Below, in pieces: positions 55,548 to 64,000 of a stretch of DNA of 64,000 bases; the stretch's first letter is position 1, and each line of letters begins with the position of its first letter. The position numbers were made by a program, and so were the translations under genes. This DNA is from Tubiluchus corallicola (taxonomy: Eukaryota > Animalia > Priapulida). Where the stretch lies: the NCBI GenBank assembly GCA_030141605.1, contig JAQGDQ010000462.1:62001-126000 (forward strand). The letters are read 5' to 3'. The notes below the pieces were generated by a model, which was not told the origin of the DNA, ran no database searches, and was given only the letters and a program-made list of their open reading frames with translations.

Positions 55548-58500
55548 GCCGTAGTGCACACACTTGTGAATTTGGGGTACCTGCCTGTCGCAGTAATTTA
55601 TCTCAAAAATTGAAACAAAAAAAAATAAAAATAAATACCAGTATCAATATAAACTTGGGTGAAATTTCCTGCGATATCTTCTCCACACTTCTTGATACCT
55701 TTGTCATTCTTTGGGCAGTTATCAGGACAAAGTTTACCACTTCTTTCAAGGTGATCTTCTAACTGAATATCTGGCTTTTGATGACCACACATACAACATA
55801 TTTCACTCCTATTGGTGAAATACGTTACGAAATCTAACTTCGGACAGATCCATGTGCACTTGTTGCCTGAGTGAGTAAAATCTACACGGTAAGGACCAAA
55901 TGTAACACGGAATATCAATCCAAATTTCTCTAGATTGTAGCATCCAAGGTAGGCATTGTTTCCTGAAACACATATGGCTGAATTATCGAATCAATATACA
56001 AAAACAATCGAATATCGGTGATACGATATCCAGGAGGGACATAACATTTTTTTAGTACTGAGCGTTTTTGGTAGTAGTATATGCTACTTCTAATACAAAA
56101 TAGTAATTAATAGACATGCGAAGTCTGTAGATCGATTTTGTGAAATTTAATCAGTGAACATAATTTAAGCTTGTTTAACACGGTTTCCCCACATTACAAA
56201 CTACAGATTAAATTACAGTAATTTTTATGTCAAGTACAAAATGCGTTTCATCTCCAATTTTTCCTTCAATGAAATATCTACATATTCGATTGCTAACAGG
56301 TATTTTGGGTTACAATGCAGGCCTTTATCTATATACAAGTTGTGAGAACTGATACACAGTTTAACAAAGTTCGATCTTAGTACATGATTATGTACAAAAG
56401 AAGATACTTCTCAGTTTCAAATTGTTGCTTAAATTTTTAAATAGGTTCGTAGTTTATTAGCTTCGCCTGTTTTGCCTGTTACTTTAGTAACACATTCCTT
56501 CCAGTATATTTTATAACTTGTCCTTTAAAGCATGTAGATTTGGTTTGATCGACCCCTTACTGTTCCCAGATATGAGAAAAGTCCAAATGACGTAAAATGT
56601 TTCTTGCAAATTGTAACCAACATCCCGTATTTTGGTTTAGAAGAATTAATTTTCTTTTGTAGGTTTGGTATATCAATGTATTTTGTGGAGAGTTCAGTAT
56701 TTAAGCCAGTATTTTATTGTCCTAGTTATAACGCCCACGTATAGAGGGAAGCGACCCAACTCTCCCCTGACCGCATGATTAACCAAAAATTTATTGTTGC
56801 CAAGAGCCAACTTACATAACTTTACATTAGGTAATTCTATGAGTAAATCATCGTATATATTTTCAGTTGTAATTTCATAATTTTTTTTATATTTTTCTAC
56901 TATTAAACGAGAAGGGGGACCAACACTCTGAAACATTTAATGTGATTGGTTTTATTAACTATCAATTAAGTGTGTTAACAATTTGTAGCTTAAATTATCC
57001 CCACAGGATTTTCCTTGAATTTGAAAAAATTACTTCCTTTGTTGCATAATTCTTTTTTTTTGCTTTGGTAAATGACCTGCTTGCATTAAGTACTATTGAA
57101 ATCTACCCCATCTTTAGACATCCCTCTGGCTAGGCGCATGCATCTAATTAGTTGCACGTGCCATGGGACAAAAGACCAAGTTAAAAGCAGTTGCAATGCT
57201 TTAGTGTAATCTTGTCCAGCAGCAATGCTATTCTGATTATCTTAACGTACATAGAAGCACAGACTTATTTTAAGCAGGTTGGTGCGCTGATTATATGCAT
57301 TTCAAGCATTTTGCGTGTTTGTTGAAAAAACTTTAGAAAATGTAAACTGTATAGTGACAGCATATACATATATCAGATATCATATCAGCATACAGGATCA
57401 TATTTTCTGCATAAGTATCCAATGGATTGCAGCTTCGCGCACATGCAAAAAATGAACATTATGAAGCGAGAGTTTTAAACATCCTCAAAGATACGAGTTA
57501 ATTTTTCTTATGAAACTCTTTCTGCTCAGCATTTTAAAGAAACTGACCTGTAAACGTGAACCAAATGCTTGTGCAATTTCATATTTGAAATAAGAACAGA
57601 AACTAGTATAAGAATATAAATAGTTCGTCTTACAGAATGGATTGTGGTATACACTAACCTCGCCGATATAGGCTGCCATACGAGGCTTCAAATTGCGCTC
57701 CACACGGTTCTGGATTAATGAGACTACCATATCTTATACATGTTTGATCACAAAAAGCCTGACTACTCACGGTCTCGGGTGAAAAATTACTACTGTTGCT
57801 GCATACGCACAGCATCGGACCTCCAATTAGACTAGCATAATAGCCCATGTAAAGGTATCTTGGCCCTGGAAATGTGGTAGCTCTTCCAATGCATAACTGT
57901 CTACATTCATAAGTTTGGAAGAAACTGCTGGACTTCTGTATTTCAAACAAGCTTGAATTGTAGCAGCCAATTGTGCGATAGCTCTCCCCGATAGTAAGTG
58001 CTGAAAATAAAGACGGTGAAGTTATTGCACACTATTACTGGCACCTTCATCATCTTACAATTTCTACTTTTCCTGTAAACTGAGACTTTTTTACCAAACA
58101 GTGTTCAAATAGCGGTGCCCGATAGGCATTCGTAATTTTGACAGTAAAATATTGTGGGAGTTGATATGACGAAGTGTACCTGTACCTTTATTCCTGTTTG
58201 TTCCAGTACTGGATTAAGCACCCACTACCTGGTGCTCCAGCTGTTGCTTTTTCCGCGTTTCACCCCCTGCACGTCTCGTGCCTCAAAGCATACGCAGCGT
58301 GTGATACAAAATATGCGACATTATGAATAAAACATTAGGCCTATTATTATTGTTATTATTACCAAAACATTATTATTCCACTTTATTATAATGATTTCAA
58401 AATAAAATTTCAGTTAATAAAAACGAAGGTATCGTGCCTAAAAAGAGCAAAGCATTCACCATTTATAGTACGATTTCGATTTATTTTTTGCGATCTAAGT

Positions 58501-59727
58501 GTCTCTGAGCGTTGGTGCCTACAGTTGAATTGAACTGGACAATTTGATTTCTTTCCTACAGCTCCGTAGACACCTGCTTATGGGTTAATCAACTCAACTT
58601 TAAACCTACTAAACGGTAGATAATTTCTCTCAGCAAGCATGGATGTTTTTCAACGAAACAGCCAACTATTTCCAAAGAACAGACTTTTCTGGAGGCCTTT
58701 TAGCAGTTTGTACAAGTTTGCAGTGTGCACTTGAGTCGGTGGCAGAAACAGGTTCCAGAAAAGTACTGCTTAGCCTAAACGTACACATATTAGTAGCATC
58801 AGCAGTCACAGTCTGGGATTTTCTTATACATCAAGACTATGGCTTTTACTAAATTACAGCAAATACACAAGCGCAAAAAATATTTGAGCACGAAGATTAC
58901 ACCCTCATGCGTAATTGCAAGTTTACGTTAGAATGGTGTCTAAAGGTCTTGGTAATGCCCGAGCTGGGCACTTGGGGATGAGCTCCCAGTGACCTACAAA
59001 GTGGCTCCAAAAGGCTTGTGCAACTCTACCACCTCTGCCAGACAAACTCCTACGCTCTGCCTCCTCGTGGCGACACTGGTTTTACTAAATGAGCTAGGTG
59101 TGAAAGCGAGCTATTGGCGCTATAACCGATAAAAATGCTTGCGGTATGCCCACACTGTATCTCGACACTAGGCGGAGGAGCTGCACAAGCAGCCAACGGC
59201 TAGAGGGCGGAGGAGGTCAAGTGACCCAACGGGATATATGGATCTCCATATACCTTGCCCAAGCGTGCGCCCTGGAGAGGCCACTTCAGTGACAGAAACA
59301 ACGTTTCACAGATTTATTTATACTGTACAAGCCTGGCTCACTAGAAAGCAAGCTTTAAAATTGTGATGCCTAGTGATACACAGTTCCAGTAAGCCTTTAT
59401 TTCTTATCACCGTGACTTTGCTTTTCAATATTTTCATAATGCAAAAATAGGAGCACTATAGAGAACAGTGTCCTTTGTCACCAGTTTTAGAGTTTCGATT
59501 TTTTATCGTTTGATTTAATACATTTAAAATTTTAAACGTCTTTTTGCTAAACTGTCCAAATTAAATCTGATCAAAGTTTACAACGGTTAGAAACCAAGTT
59601 AAGTTTTTCAGAAAGAAACAGTGATGACATCTATTAATAATTATTATAAATAATAGCTAGCCTTACCGTATTTAACGAGGAACATCGATGAAGAGAAAAA
59701 AATCAACAAGATCGTAAATTTCTCCAT
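4107..59727 (-). CDS. Polycystin-1 (PKD1/REJ)-family gene, 38 exons in window, 3'-partial (remaining TM/channel-like exons lie beyond position 1)
   Basis: Hand-spliced GT-AG exons join in phase with no stops (6261 nt). Motifs: REJ ([16 protein letters not shown]), GPS ([20 protein letters not shown]), TM1, PLAT ([18 protein letters not shown]), [23 protein letters not shown]2/TM3. Confidence 0.93.
4979..5102 (-). CDS. Exon 37: TM3
   Basis: [20 protein letters not shown]. Confidence 0.9.
6308..6440 (-). CDS. Exon 36: TM2
   Basis: [21 protein letters not shown]. Confidence 0.92.
6952..7059 (-). CDS. Exon 35
   Basis: [23 protein letters not shown], a conserved PKD1-family motif. Confidence 0.93.
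7953..8073. repeat. 31-bp tandem repeat x4 with alternating variants
   Basis: agaataaatctgccataac(ttggc/atagt)tacatta. Confidence 0.9.
8167..8305 (-). CDS. Exon 34: PLAT, part 3
   Basis: [21 protein letters not shown]. Confidence 0.93.
8385..9297. repeat. 38-bp minisatellite, about 24 copies
   Basis: atagtttRggaYaacaaataactctgtaatatgtaact, nearly invariant. Confidence 0.97.
9568..9727 (-). CDS. Exon 33: PLAT, part 2
   Basis: [33 protein letters not shown]. Confidence 0.93.
10346..10466 (-). CDS. Exon 32: canonical cytoplasmic PLAT, part 1
   Basis: [30 protein letters not shown]. Confidence 0.93.
11827..12057 (-). CDS. Exon 31: GPS cleavage site (HM/T) and TM1
   Basis: [41 protein letters not shown]. 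Confidence 0.95.
12861..13200. repeat. 20-bp minisatellite x17
   Basis: aaactRtatattactgtatg. Confidence 0.97.
13348..13451 (-). CDS. Exon 30: start of the GPS motif
   Basis: [28 protein letters not shown]; phase 1-0. Confidence 0.92.
13594..13714 (-). CDS. Exon 29: extra PLAT domain, C-terminal part
   Basis: [15 protein letters not shown]; phase 0-1. Confidence 0.82.
14488..16443. repeat. 45-bp minisatellite, about 43 copies
   Basis: atgatcaacaaacRcacctgcaataaccagtctgaacaaatcgac; produces spurious repetitive ORFs. Confidence 0.97.
16457..16559 (-). CDS. Exon 28: extra PLAT domain, middle
   Basis: [30 protein letters not shown]; phase 2-0. Confidence 0.9.
16829..16976 (-). CDS. Exon 27: extra PLAT domain, N-terminal part
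   Basis: [30 protein letters not shown]; phase 1-2. Confidence 0.88.
17100..17280. mobile_element. Degenerate pogo/Tigger-like MITE
   Basis: ta-CAGTCAAGCCTCTTTATA at the left, TTATAATGGGGTTTCATT at the right; imperfect inverted ends. Confidence 0.4.
17452..18352 (-). CDS. Exon 26: GAIN strands (KPT..DF, YYVGL) followed by a 32-Cys insert
   Basis: 901-nt open exon, phase 0-1; 32 Cys in 213 aa. Confidence 0.88.
18505..18825. repeat. 30-bp repeat with a 90-bp higher-order unit
   Basis: Three 30-mer variants recur in fixed order at 18541, 18631 and 18721. Confidence 0.9.
18942..19090 (-). CDS. Exon 25: GAIN
   Basis: ..[12 protein letters not shown]..; phase 1-0. Confidence 0.82.
19355..19791. 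mobile_element. Tc1/mariner-type MITE, 437 bp
   Basis: Perfect 19-bp TIR CACTCATATCTCGGTTTGC, flanked by TA on both sides. Confidence 0.85.
19816..19969 (-). CDS. Exon 24: GAIN
   Basis: [15 protein letters not shown], matching the PKD1-family NPF motif; phase 0-1. Confidence 0.88.
20479..20567 (-). CDS. Exon 23: GAIN
   Basis: ..GYFKMPP..LGVE; bridges phase 1 to 0. Confidence 0.78.
20691..20841 (-). CDS. Exon 22: GAIN region
   Basis: [24 protein letters not shown]; phase 0-1; donor position slightly uncertain. Confidence 0.8.
22323..22473 (-). CDS. Exon 21 (contains KRKKR)
   Basis: [20 protein letters not shown]; phase 2-0. Confidence 0.8.
23870..23964 (-). CDS. Exon 20
   Basis: [16 protein letters not shown]; phase 0-2. 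Confidence 0.78.
24950..25677. repeat. 35-bp minisatellite, about 20 copies, decaying leftwards
   Basis: aataatcaatgacaatgagacaaggagctgcatca. Confidence 0.93.
25684..25809 (-). CDS. Exon 19
   Basis: [14 protein letters not shown]; phase 0-0. Confidence 0.82.
26220..26344 (-). CDS. Exon 18: helical region before GAIN
   Basis: [18 protein letters not shown]; phase 1-0. Confidence 0.82.
26560..27495 (+). mobile_element. Decayed LINE RT fragment
   Basis: Remnant motifs [24 protein letters not shown] with stops and frameshifts. Confidence 0.75.
27748..27895 (-). CDS. Exon 17
   Basis: Open frame [13 protein letters not shown] with canonical splice sites; phase 0-1. Confidence 0.8.
28018..28460. 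mobile_element. piggyBac-type non-autonomous element, 443 bp
   Basis: TTAA on both sides; ends CCCTTTCA..TGAAAGGG; internal palindrome GTATCCCACGGGATAC occurs twice. Confidence 0.85.
29066..29211 (-). CDS. Exon 16: REJ C-terminal part
   Basis: [20 protein letters not shown]; phase 1-0. Confidence 0.9.
29313..30436. mobile_element. Unclassified non-autonomous element, possibly Helentron/HINE-like
   Basis: TGTCAC..GTGACA ends, (ATT)n tract near the left end, GT-rich tract 30050-30290, hairpin ACTCATT-N6-AATGAGT near the right end; no clear TSD. Confidence 0.4.
30434..30598. repeat. 26-bp tandem repeat, about 5-6 copies
   Basis: cattgtaacagttgattctcatgcac. Confidence 0.85.
30605..30721 (-). 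CDS. Exon 15: REJ
   Basis: [19 protein letters not shown]; phase 1-1. Confidence 0.9.
30911..31012 (-). CDS. Exon 14: REJ
   Basis: ..[14 protein letters not shown]; phase 1-1. Confidence 0.85.
31138..31361 (-). CDS. Exon 13: REJ
   Basis: [29 protein letters not shown]; phase 2-1. Confidence 0.9.
32321..32468 (-). CDS. Exon 12: REJ
   Basis: [24 protein letters not shown]; phase 1-2. Confidence 0.88.
33084..33178 (-). CDS. Exon 11: REJ
   Basis: YTWYCY..GCY; phase 2-1. Confidence 0.85.
33776..33939 (-). CDS. Exon 10: REJ
   Basis: [17 protein letters not shown]; phase 0-2. Confidence 0.9.
34160..34860. repeat. About 67-bp minisatellite, about 10 copies
   Basis: ttcaagagaaaaatacagctaggtgatcattcccagttaaaacacgtttcatgagacaaaagacagg. 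Confidence 0.95.
35441..35760 (-). CDS. Exon 9: beta-rich REJ N-terminal module
   Basis: ..[20 protein letters not shown]..; phase 1-0. Confidence 0.88.
35896..36149 (-). pseudogene. Possible alternative or relic terminal exon with a GPI-signal-like tail, interrupted by an in-frame TGA
   Basis: ttctgcag acceptor in phase 1; [49 protein letters not shown]; TGA at 36106-36108. Confidence 0.4.
36646..36759 (-). CDS. Exon 8: Ca-binding EGF, copy 4
   Basis: Same unit ending in NCES; intact splice sites. Confidence 0.9.
38788..38901 (-). CDS. Exon 7: Ca-binding EGF, copy 3
   Basis: [38 protein letters not shown]; intact splice sites. Confidence 0.9.
39360..41810 (-). CDS. Gypsy gag-protease-integrase polyprotein, truncated; upstream gag piece 41967-42611 is frameshifted
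   Basis: 816-aa ORF; SCAN-like gag segment (YRERFR..LEQIF), CCHC knuckle, DSG protease, rve core; no RT or RNase H. Confidence 0.9.
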   Translation of the reverse strand: MISNGINEADYMANPAPRLSGRAAICYQQCPVSEMRNYGFVKKALIDTYVLSSDTYRERFRTLKRQPDETYRQFFVRVEKCAHDWLIAVGANTLKLVVQQIALEQIFNSMPPEMSIHLRTIEQGSYEHMAECADRYLTARSNKIFSFRNQYRAKGLQFQEKNGDNKLNTNTFIKGSESNIRCFTCGLWGHRRADCAHAKFPQSRSEPIQNTNYPKNKPTLEEQPDRAARQYVGIRKNTDSISSSDQCVNDDNKIPAHTKPFCFPVHVNGYDLTCQRDSGAHMSILHSKFVHPRQRIPDASAKIRCIHGDVKSYQLAKVVVESDRISGWLTVCISNTAPIPFLLLGNDIETAYEPFPSSSNKLPDALLCNQSVSESDPGQSVSMGRNPQPTYVATRSQIARIEAETRRERELEDKLQMDAAPHSHQVEKNTLDYQKLLESNRQKLIQEQKDDISLRNIRYGTEAEAQAVGKGYYIRDDVLFYLGRERRGDTPHELLVVPKCRRREILHLAHDNPLAGHMGVKKTLHQILAEYTWPHLKRTVQQYCKTCLPCQKSSRVKTSERARLRPLPIPSVPFHTIGMDLIGPLGTSQTPSGNRYALVIVDHATRYPDCYPLSNIETTTVVKALLQFISRYGIPRQIITDKGTQFTSQMLRDLEKTLGVKRITTSPYHAQANGLVERYNQTLKHSILKLLHERHPIHWDEMIPMLLFAYREVVQESLGYSPNELVFGFKVRGPLAAYRETQGFALPANTESIDEYVSKIINSIQEATDNAHSALHDAKIAQEKWFNNMASARTLKVGQKVMLLKPAKPGKLNRGK
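39367..44452 (-). mobile_element. Gmr1-like Ty3/Gypsy LTR retrotransposon, 3'-truncated (5' LTR, PBS, gag, protease, integrase)
   Basis: LTR 44452-43513 (TGT..ACA); PBS TGGTGGCAGCG at 43511-43501; zinc knuckle [14 protein letters not shown]; protease RDSGA; integrase H..H..C..C and D,D(35)E; ORF is cut by host DNA inside the GPY/F motif. Confidence 0.92.
44822..45812. mobile_element. Solo LTR, 991 bp
   Basis: TGTGACG..CGTCACA inverted ends; 5-bp TSD CCAGA at 44817-44821 and 45813-45817; empty site in the sister unit near 37401. Confidence 0.9.
47208..47321 (-). CDS. Exon 6: Ca-binding EGF, copy 2
   Basis: [38 protein letters not shown]; 114 nt, phase 1-1. Confidence 0.9.
47921..50261 (-). 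mobile_element. 5'-truncated, internally deleted CR1/L2-group LINE
   Basis: APE remnant LLGDYN, TLIDNI; RT motifs QFGFR, DLSKAFD, GVLQGS; FADD region missing; (TAA/TAAA)n tail at 47921-47956. Confidence 0.88.
51065..51178 (-). CDS. Exon 5: Ca-binding EGF, copy 1
   Basis: [38 protein letters not shown]; ttccag acceptor, GTAAGT donor. Confidence 0.9.
52285..52407 (-). CDS. Exon 4: EGF-like domain
   Basis: [26 protein letters not shown]; 123 nt, phase 1-1. Confidence 0.85.
53696..54676. repeat. About 1-kb compound (CA)n/(CACG)n microsatellite
   Basis: Alternating purine-pyrimidine tract with an internal block duplication. Confidence 0.97.
54760..55083. repeat. Degenerate 30-35-bp tandem repeat
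   Basis: actcattcagttgtttt..cattgggg recurs about 9 times. Confidence 0.75.
55639..55962 (-). CDS. Exon 3: WSC-like domain 2
   Basis: AYLGCY..CTWIC..CMCG..CPDNC..CG..VY; 324 nt, phase 1-1. Confidence 0.8.
56190..57110 (-). mobile_element. Decayed LINE 3' fragment
   Basis: [13 protein letters not shown] and KLRTY..FK motifs typical of the region after RT in CR1/L2-group elements. Confidence 0.7.
57659..58000 (-). CDS. Exon 2: WSC-like domain 1
   Basis: ttttcag acceptor; YRTIGCY..C..C..MG..CVC..CDQTC..CG pattern; 342 nt, phase 1-1. Confidence 0.8.
58905..59295 (-). mobile_element. GC-rich fragment resembling an RTE/Vingi-type LINE 5' UTR
   Basis: ctctccagggcgcacgcttgggcaaggtatatggag resembles such leaders from memory; hairpin GGTATATGGA..TCCATATATCC; not verified by search. 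Confidence 0.35.
59667..59727 (-). CDS. Exon 1: start codon and signal peptide
   Basis: [20 protein letters not shown] then G|GTAAGG donor; phase 1 matches the next exon. Confidence 0.75.
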
Positions 59728-60044
59728 ATCTGCACTGCCGCTGCATTACTTGCTGATTCAGTCACAAAAACACTGAAAAACTAACTCTTGCGAAATGGAA
59801 CTTGAGCGCGTCAAAGACGTAAACTGTGGCCATTGTTTCTGATTAAATATGCGATTGTTCACGTCACCCGCATTGTTTTACGGAGTTCCAGTTAGAATAA
59901 TGGTTTAACAAGACGTGAAGTAATACAGGCCCATCCTCCTTTTGCGTAGCACTAAAACACAATAGGCTGCCAAACGAATGACAGATTGAAAACGAAATAA
60001 AACTAAAATTGAACAAAGTCGTCCTATGGAGTTCATTGATCCTT

Positions 60045-61070
60045 TTCTGTGTTCATTTGTACGTTTGCTTATCTGTCTGTGCGTCTATTTGATTCTGTGT
60101 TTGTTTGTGTGTTAGTTTGTCTGTCTGTACGTCTATTTGATTCTGTGTTTATTTGTGCGTTTGCTCGTCTGTCTGTACATCAATTTGATTGTGTGTTTAT
60201 TTGTGCGTTTGCTCGTCTGTCTGTACGTCTATTTGATCCTGTGTTTATTTGTACGTTTGCTCGTCTGTCTGTACATCTATTTGATTCTGTGTTTATTTGT
60301 GCGTTTGCTCGTCTGTCTGTACGTCTATTTGATCCTGTGTTTATTTGTGCGTTTGCTCGTCTGTCTGTACGTCTATTTGATCCTGTGTTTATTTGTACGT
60401 TTGCTCGTCTGTCTGTACATCTATTTGATTCTGTGTTTATTTGTACGTTTGCTCGTCTGTCTGTACATCTATTTGATTCTGTGTTTATTTGTACGTTTGC
60501 TCGTCTGTCTGTACATCTATTTGATTCTGTGTTTATTTGTACGTTTGCTCGTCTGCCTGTACATCTATTTGATTCTGTGTTCATTTGTGCGTTTGCTCGT
60601 CTGTCTGTACATCTATTTGATTCTGTGTTCATTTGTGCGTTTGCTCGTCTGTCTGTACATCTATTTGATTCTGTGTTTATTTGTGCGTTTGCTCGTCTGT
60701 CTGTACATCTATTTGATTCTGTACTTATTCGTACGTTTGCTCGTCTGTCTGTACCACTATTTGATTCTGTGTTTATTTGTGCGTTTGCTCGTCTGTCTGT
60801 ACATCTATTTGATTCTGTGTTCATTTGTGCGTTTGCTTGTCTGTCTGTACATCTATTTGATTCTGTGTTTATTTGTGCGTTTGCTCGCCTGTCTGTACAT
60901 CTATTTGATTCTGTGTTTATTTGTGCGTTTGCTCGTCTGTCTGTACATCTATTTGATTCTGTACTTATTCGTACGTTTGCTAGCCTGTCTGTACATCTAT
61001 TTGATTCTGTACTTATTCGTACGTTTGCTCGTCTGTCTGTACATCTATTTGATTCTGTACTTATTCGTTT
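60045..61070. repeat. 48-bp minisatellite, about 21 copies, upstream of the gene
   Basis: gattctgtgtttatttgtRcgtttgctcgtctgtctgtacatctattt. Confidence 0.96.
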
Positions 61071-64000
61071 GCTTGATTTGCTTTGTTTGTTTCTTTCTCA
61101 CTGTGACGCAGTGTAATAATTAAGTCTAGACGTTAGGAAATCAGAGTACTGTGTTCAGGGTTCTCGAGCGTTTCCGTCCCTTTTACATGCTAAATCTACA
61201 GGATAATCATTCATTTGTGTAGACTACGTGAATTCGTGTCACTGGTGGAACACTAATAGCTAATATTTAGATTTAGAACTTAATCAGTAAAACGATGATA
61301 GGAAAATTGAATTGGTAACAATTTCAAACAATATCTAATTCCCCCAAAATTAACGTTGGCCGGCTATCTTCTGTCTCTCATCAGGCTTTTGGCTCTATCA
61401 ACCACGCTGTTGAGTCTCCAACCATACCACATCAGCTTTTCATCTCCAGCAGTCAGCCACGTCCTCGCCAGCAACCATTTGCAAATGGACCACGCTTAAA
61501 AACTGCTCTAACAATCCAGCTTTTGAACTCGTACCTGGTTGCCTCGGGAGTGAACTCTTGCCTGGTTGCTTCAAACTCCCAGTAATAAAGCCAGATATTG
61601 TCCTTTTGCAGGGTGACAAACAGAACCTTCAGACAAATAGACAGACCATTCGTCCATCTTACAAAACACGTAATGTTATACAAGTTTAAATAAACAGTGC
61701 AATAAATCAATCAGGTAATTAGATCATTAATTATGCACACACAACATCATAGGAAAGATATATCAAAATAGGTGTTGCGACAATGATGGGTGGTATAACC
61801 GATCATCACACTCACCTTGATCTCTTTGTTGTTTGTGGTCTACAGATTTTTTGTTCTGGCTATGATTATAACACTTCCCTAGACCTGTCCTTTTAGTTTC
61901 AAATTTTGCAGCTATTGAAACGTTTTTACATGTAAAACAACTAACGTAACAAAACTATAGCAAGTGAGCTGCTATAATACTTGAAACAAAATTAATTTTA
62001 AAAATCAATCATGAGATCAAAAACCTATCCTAGAGCTAACATCCTACATTGTGCTGTCACATAAGAGGTTTTGCAAAACCATTTTGAGCGTATACATTGT
62101 GATGGTTTTTGGATTTTGGAAGACATCAGTATCCTAGATAAATACAGAACAGAGTAATATTCAGGAAAATAAACAATACAACACTGATGCCCACAACGAA
62201 GAAATAGTTAACGAAAAACTATTCAACGTGAAAGCTTTAGATAGCAGACAAGATTGCCGAAAATGTTCGATTCAGTAACAGAATTAAACAAACAGTCATA
62301 AAAGCTAGCAATATGATACTGTAGAAGTTTTGTGTTTTTAACATTGCTTTAAAGGGGGAATATCATGCAAATCAAGTTAAACGTATTTTATAGTTGCCTT
62401 CCCTGTGAACAACTTGCAGAAATTTTTTAGCAGTACGCTCTCTAATTAATTAGCAATTAACGTTTTTGCAGGAAATGCCATGGAGCTGCGCTTACGCCTC
62501 TCACGGTGAAATAATGAGAGTATACACGCAGCGTGTTGTGATACTGCTCTACACGACTGGGCTAAAAATAAAGCTGTTATTACAACATTTCAGTATTTGA
62601 TCTTTGGGTTGGATAGGTAGTCAGCTGATAGAAACGATTGTAATTACACTCGTTCGAATGTTTTCATCAAATTCTGCAAAAGCGATATATTTTACTACCG
62701 TCGAAAGTTAGAGGTCCATTATAGTATATTCTAATAGAGGTAAACAATCATTGCACAAAAGTAGACTGGCCTACATCATATTGTGAAAATTCTTGAGGCA
62801 TTAATTGAAAACATCGTCAGCAATACAAGTTGCAAAAGTGTGGGCCTTGGTAACAAAAGTTCTTTTCTTGTAAAACAAGTAAGTAACTTCATTGTGCTAG
62901 AAGAATTAATGAATTTGTAAACACAGAGAAACTCATTGAAGCATAAATATAATACCAGTGTGACAATTTTTAGTGGCAGCTTCATTTTATCAGACTTGAT
63001 AAAAAAATGTGTGAACCCCATGGACACATAGACTATAACATATTAGCTTATTCGTGACACACAAAATCAAAGATATGGTAATTGAAAAAAAATTGTCTAA
63101 AGTTTTAAAAAAAAAATAGTTACGAGGGGCGAACATACAGAAAAGTTGCCAATCAAGAATTTGTGTTTCGGAGAAACATTTTATTATACACATTACCAAC
63201 ATGGGTAAGACAAGTATGAAGCCTATATAGAAGCAGCTAGAATTCACTAATGTAGTAATATCGACGGCATGAGGAAGCACACAGAGCCTCACGGTCGGTT
63301 CGAGGCTGATTAACGCCATTGTTATGAGAAAATGCAATGACGTTCAGTTACAATGAGTTGTGAAACAATGTGCAAACTTGTCGTGCGAATTTCGAGAGAT
63401 ATTCGCTCGTTCTTCACTCGAAAAAACTTAAATAGCAAAAAACGCGAGGAAAATTATTTAGAATTTCACACTAATGATTTGCCACAAAATACAGTCGCTG
63501 GGTGTTTTGGTGACTGTTGGACTGTTCGAAAACGTTCGATCGTTGCAAAAACGTCGAGACCCCGTGATATCCTAGCTCAGGGGAGTGCACACTGCGGCCG
63601 GCGAAGAGGTTTGTCACCGTAATGAAAGTGCGGCCCACCCGATCCAACTGAAGTCCGCGCCACTATCACAAGCATAGAGCGGGTAGTTTTTTCCTTTAGA
63701 TCGGATGGCATTAACCCTTACAAAACCGTTGTCACTTAATGTCACTGTCGGACATGACGAAATTTAACGTTGCTCACTTGGAACACAAAAAAGCGAGTAA
63801 TCGCAGAACACAGCAAACTATCACGGAAGCCGCCATTCAAACGCTCAAATGTGCAAGAAATGCGAGAAATAATCTGATTGGCTGGTAGGAAGACCAATTT
63901 TATTAGAATGATCTTAAATTTTTTGTCTTGATGCGAAAGAATCTTTTACATCAGTGTGGCGATTTTCAAGCGATTTCGTTTTTTTCTTATAACATCTTGA

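Noticed and set aside
60049-61123. 328-355-aa repetitive ORFs
   Set aside because: Translations of a 48-bp minisatellite that is open in several frames.
61340-64000. Possible upstream gene or Kolobok-like element (ttaaaggggg at about 62349; exon-like piece at 61817-61883)
   Set aside because: No recognisable protein motif and no matching right end inside the window.

Overview
AT-rich animal (probably invertebrate) genomic DNA, not prokaryotic. Most of the window is one large minus-strand polycystin-1 (PKD1/REJ)-family gene. I assembled it by hand into 38 phase-consistent GT-AG exons (59727 down to 4107, about 2,087 codons); it continues past the left edge. Domain order: signal peptide, WSC, WSC, EGF, four near-identical Ca-binding EGF, REJ, GAIN/GPS, TM1, PLAT, TM2, TM3. 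The main oddity is a ~365-aa insertion inside the GAIN domain, upstream of the GPS and so predicted extracellular. It consists of a 32-cysteine module with helical, partly mirror-symmetric spacing followed by a second complete PLAT domain. The four cbEGF exons sit in ~2.1-kb tandem duplication units. These units carry different insertions: a 3'-truncated Gmr1-type Gypsy element, a solo LTR and a LINE with a target deletion. A stop-interrupted exon resembling a GPI-anchor tail follows the EGF array. Introns also hold LINE relics, MITEs and many minisatellites. All domain calls come from motif recognition by eye; no searches were run.
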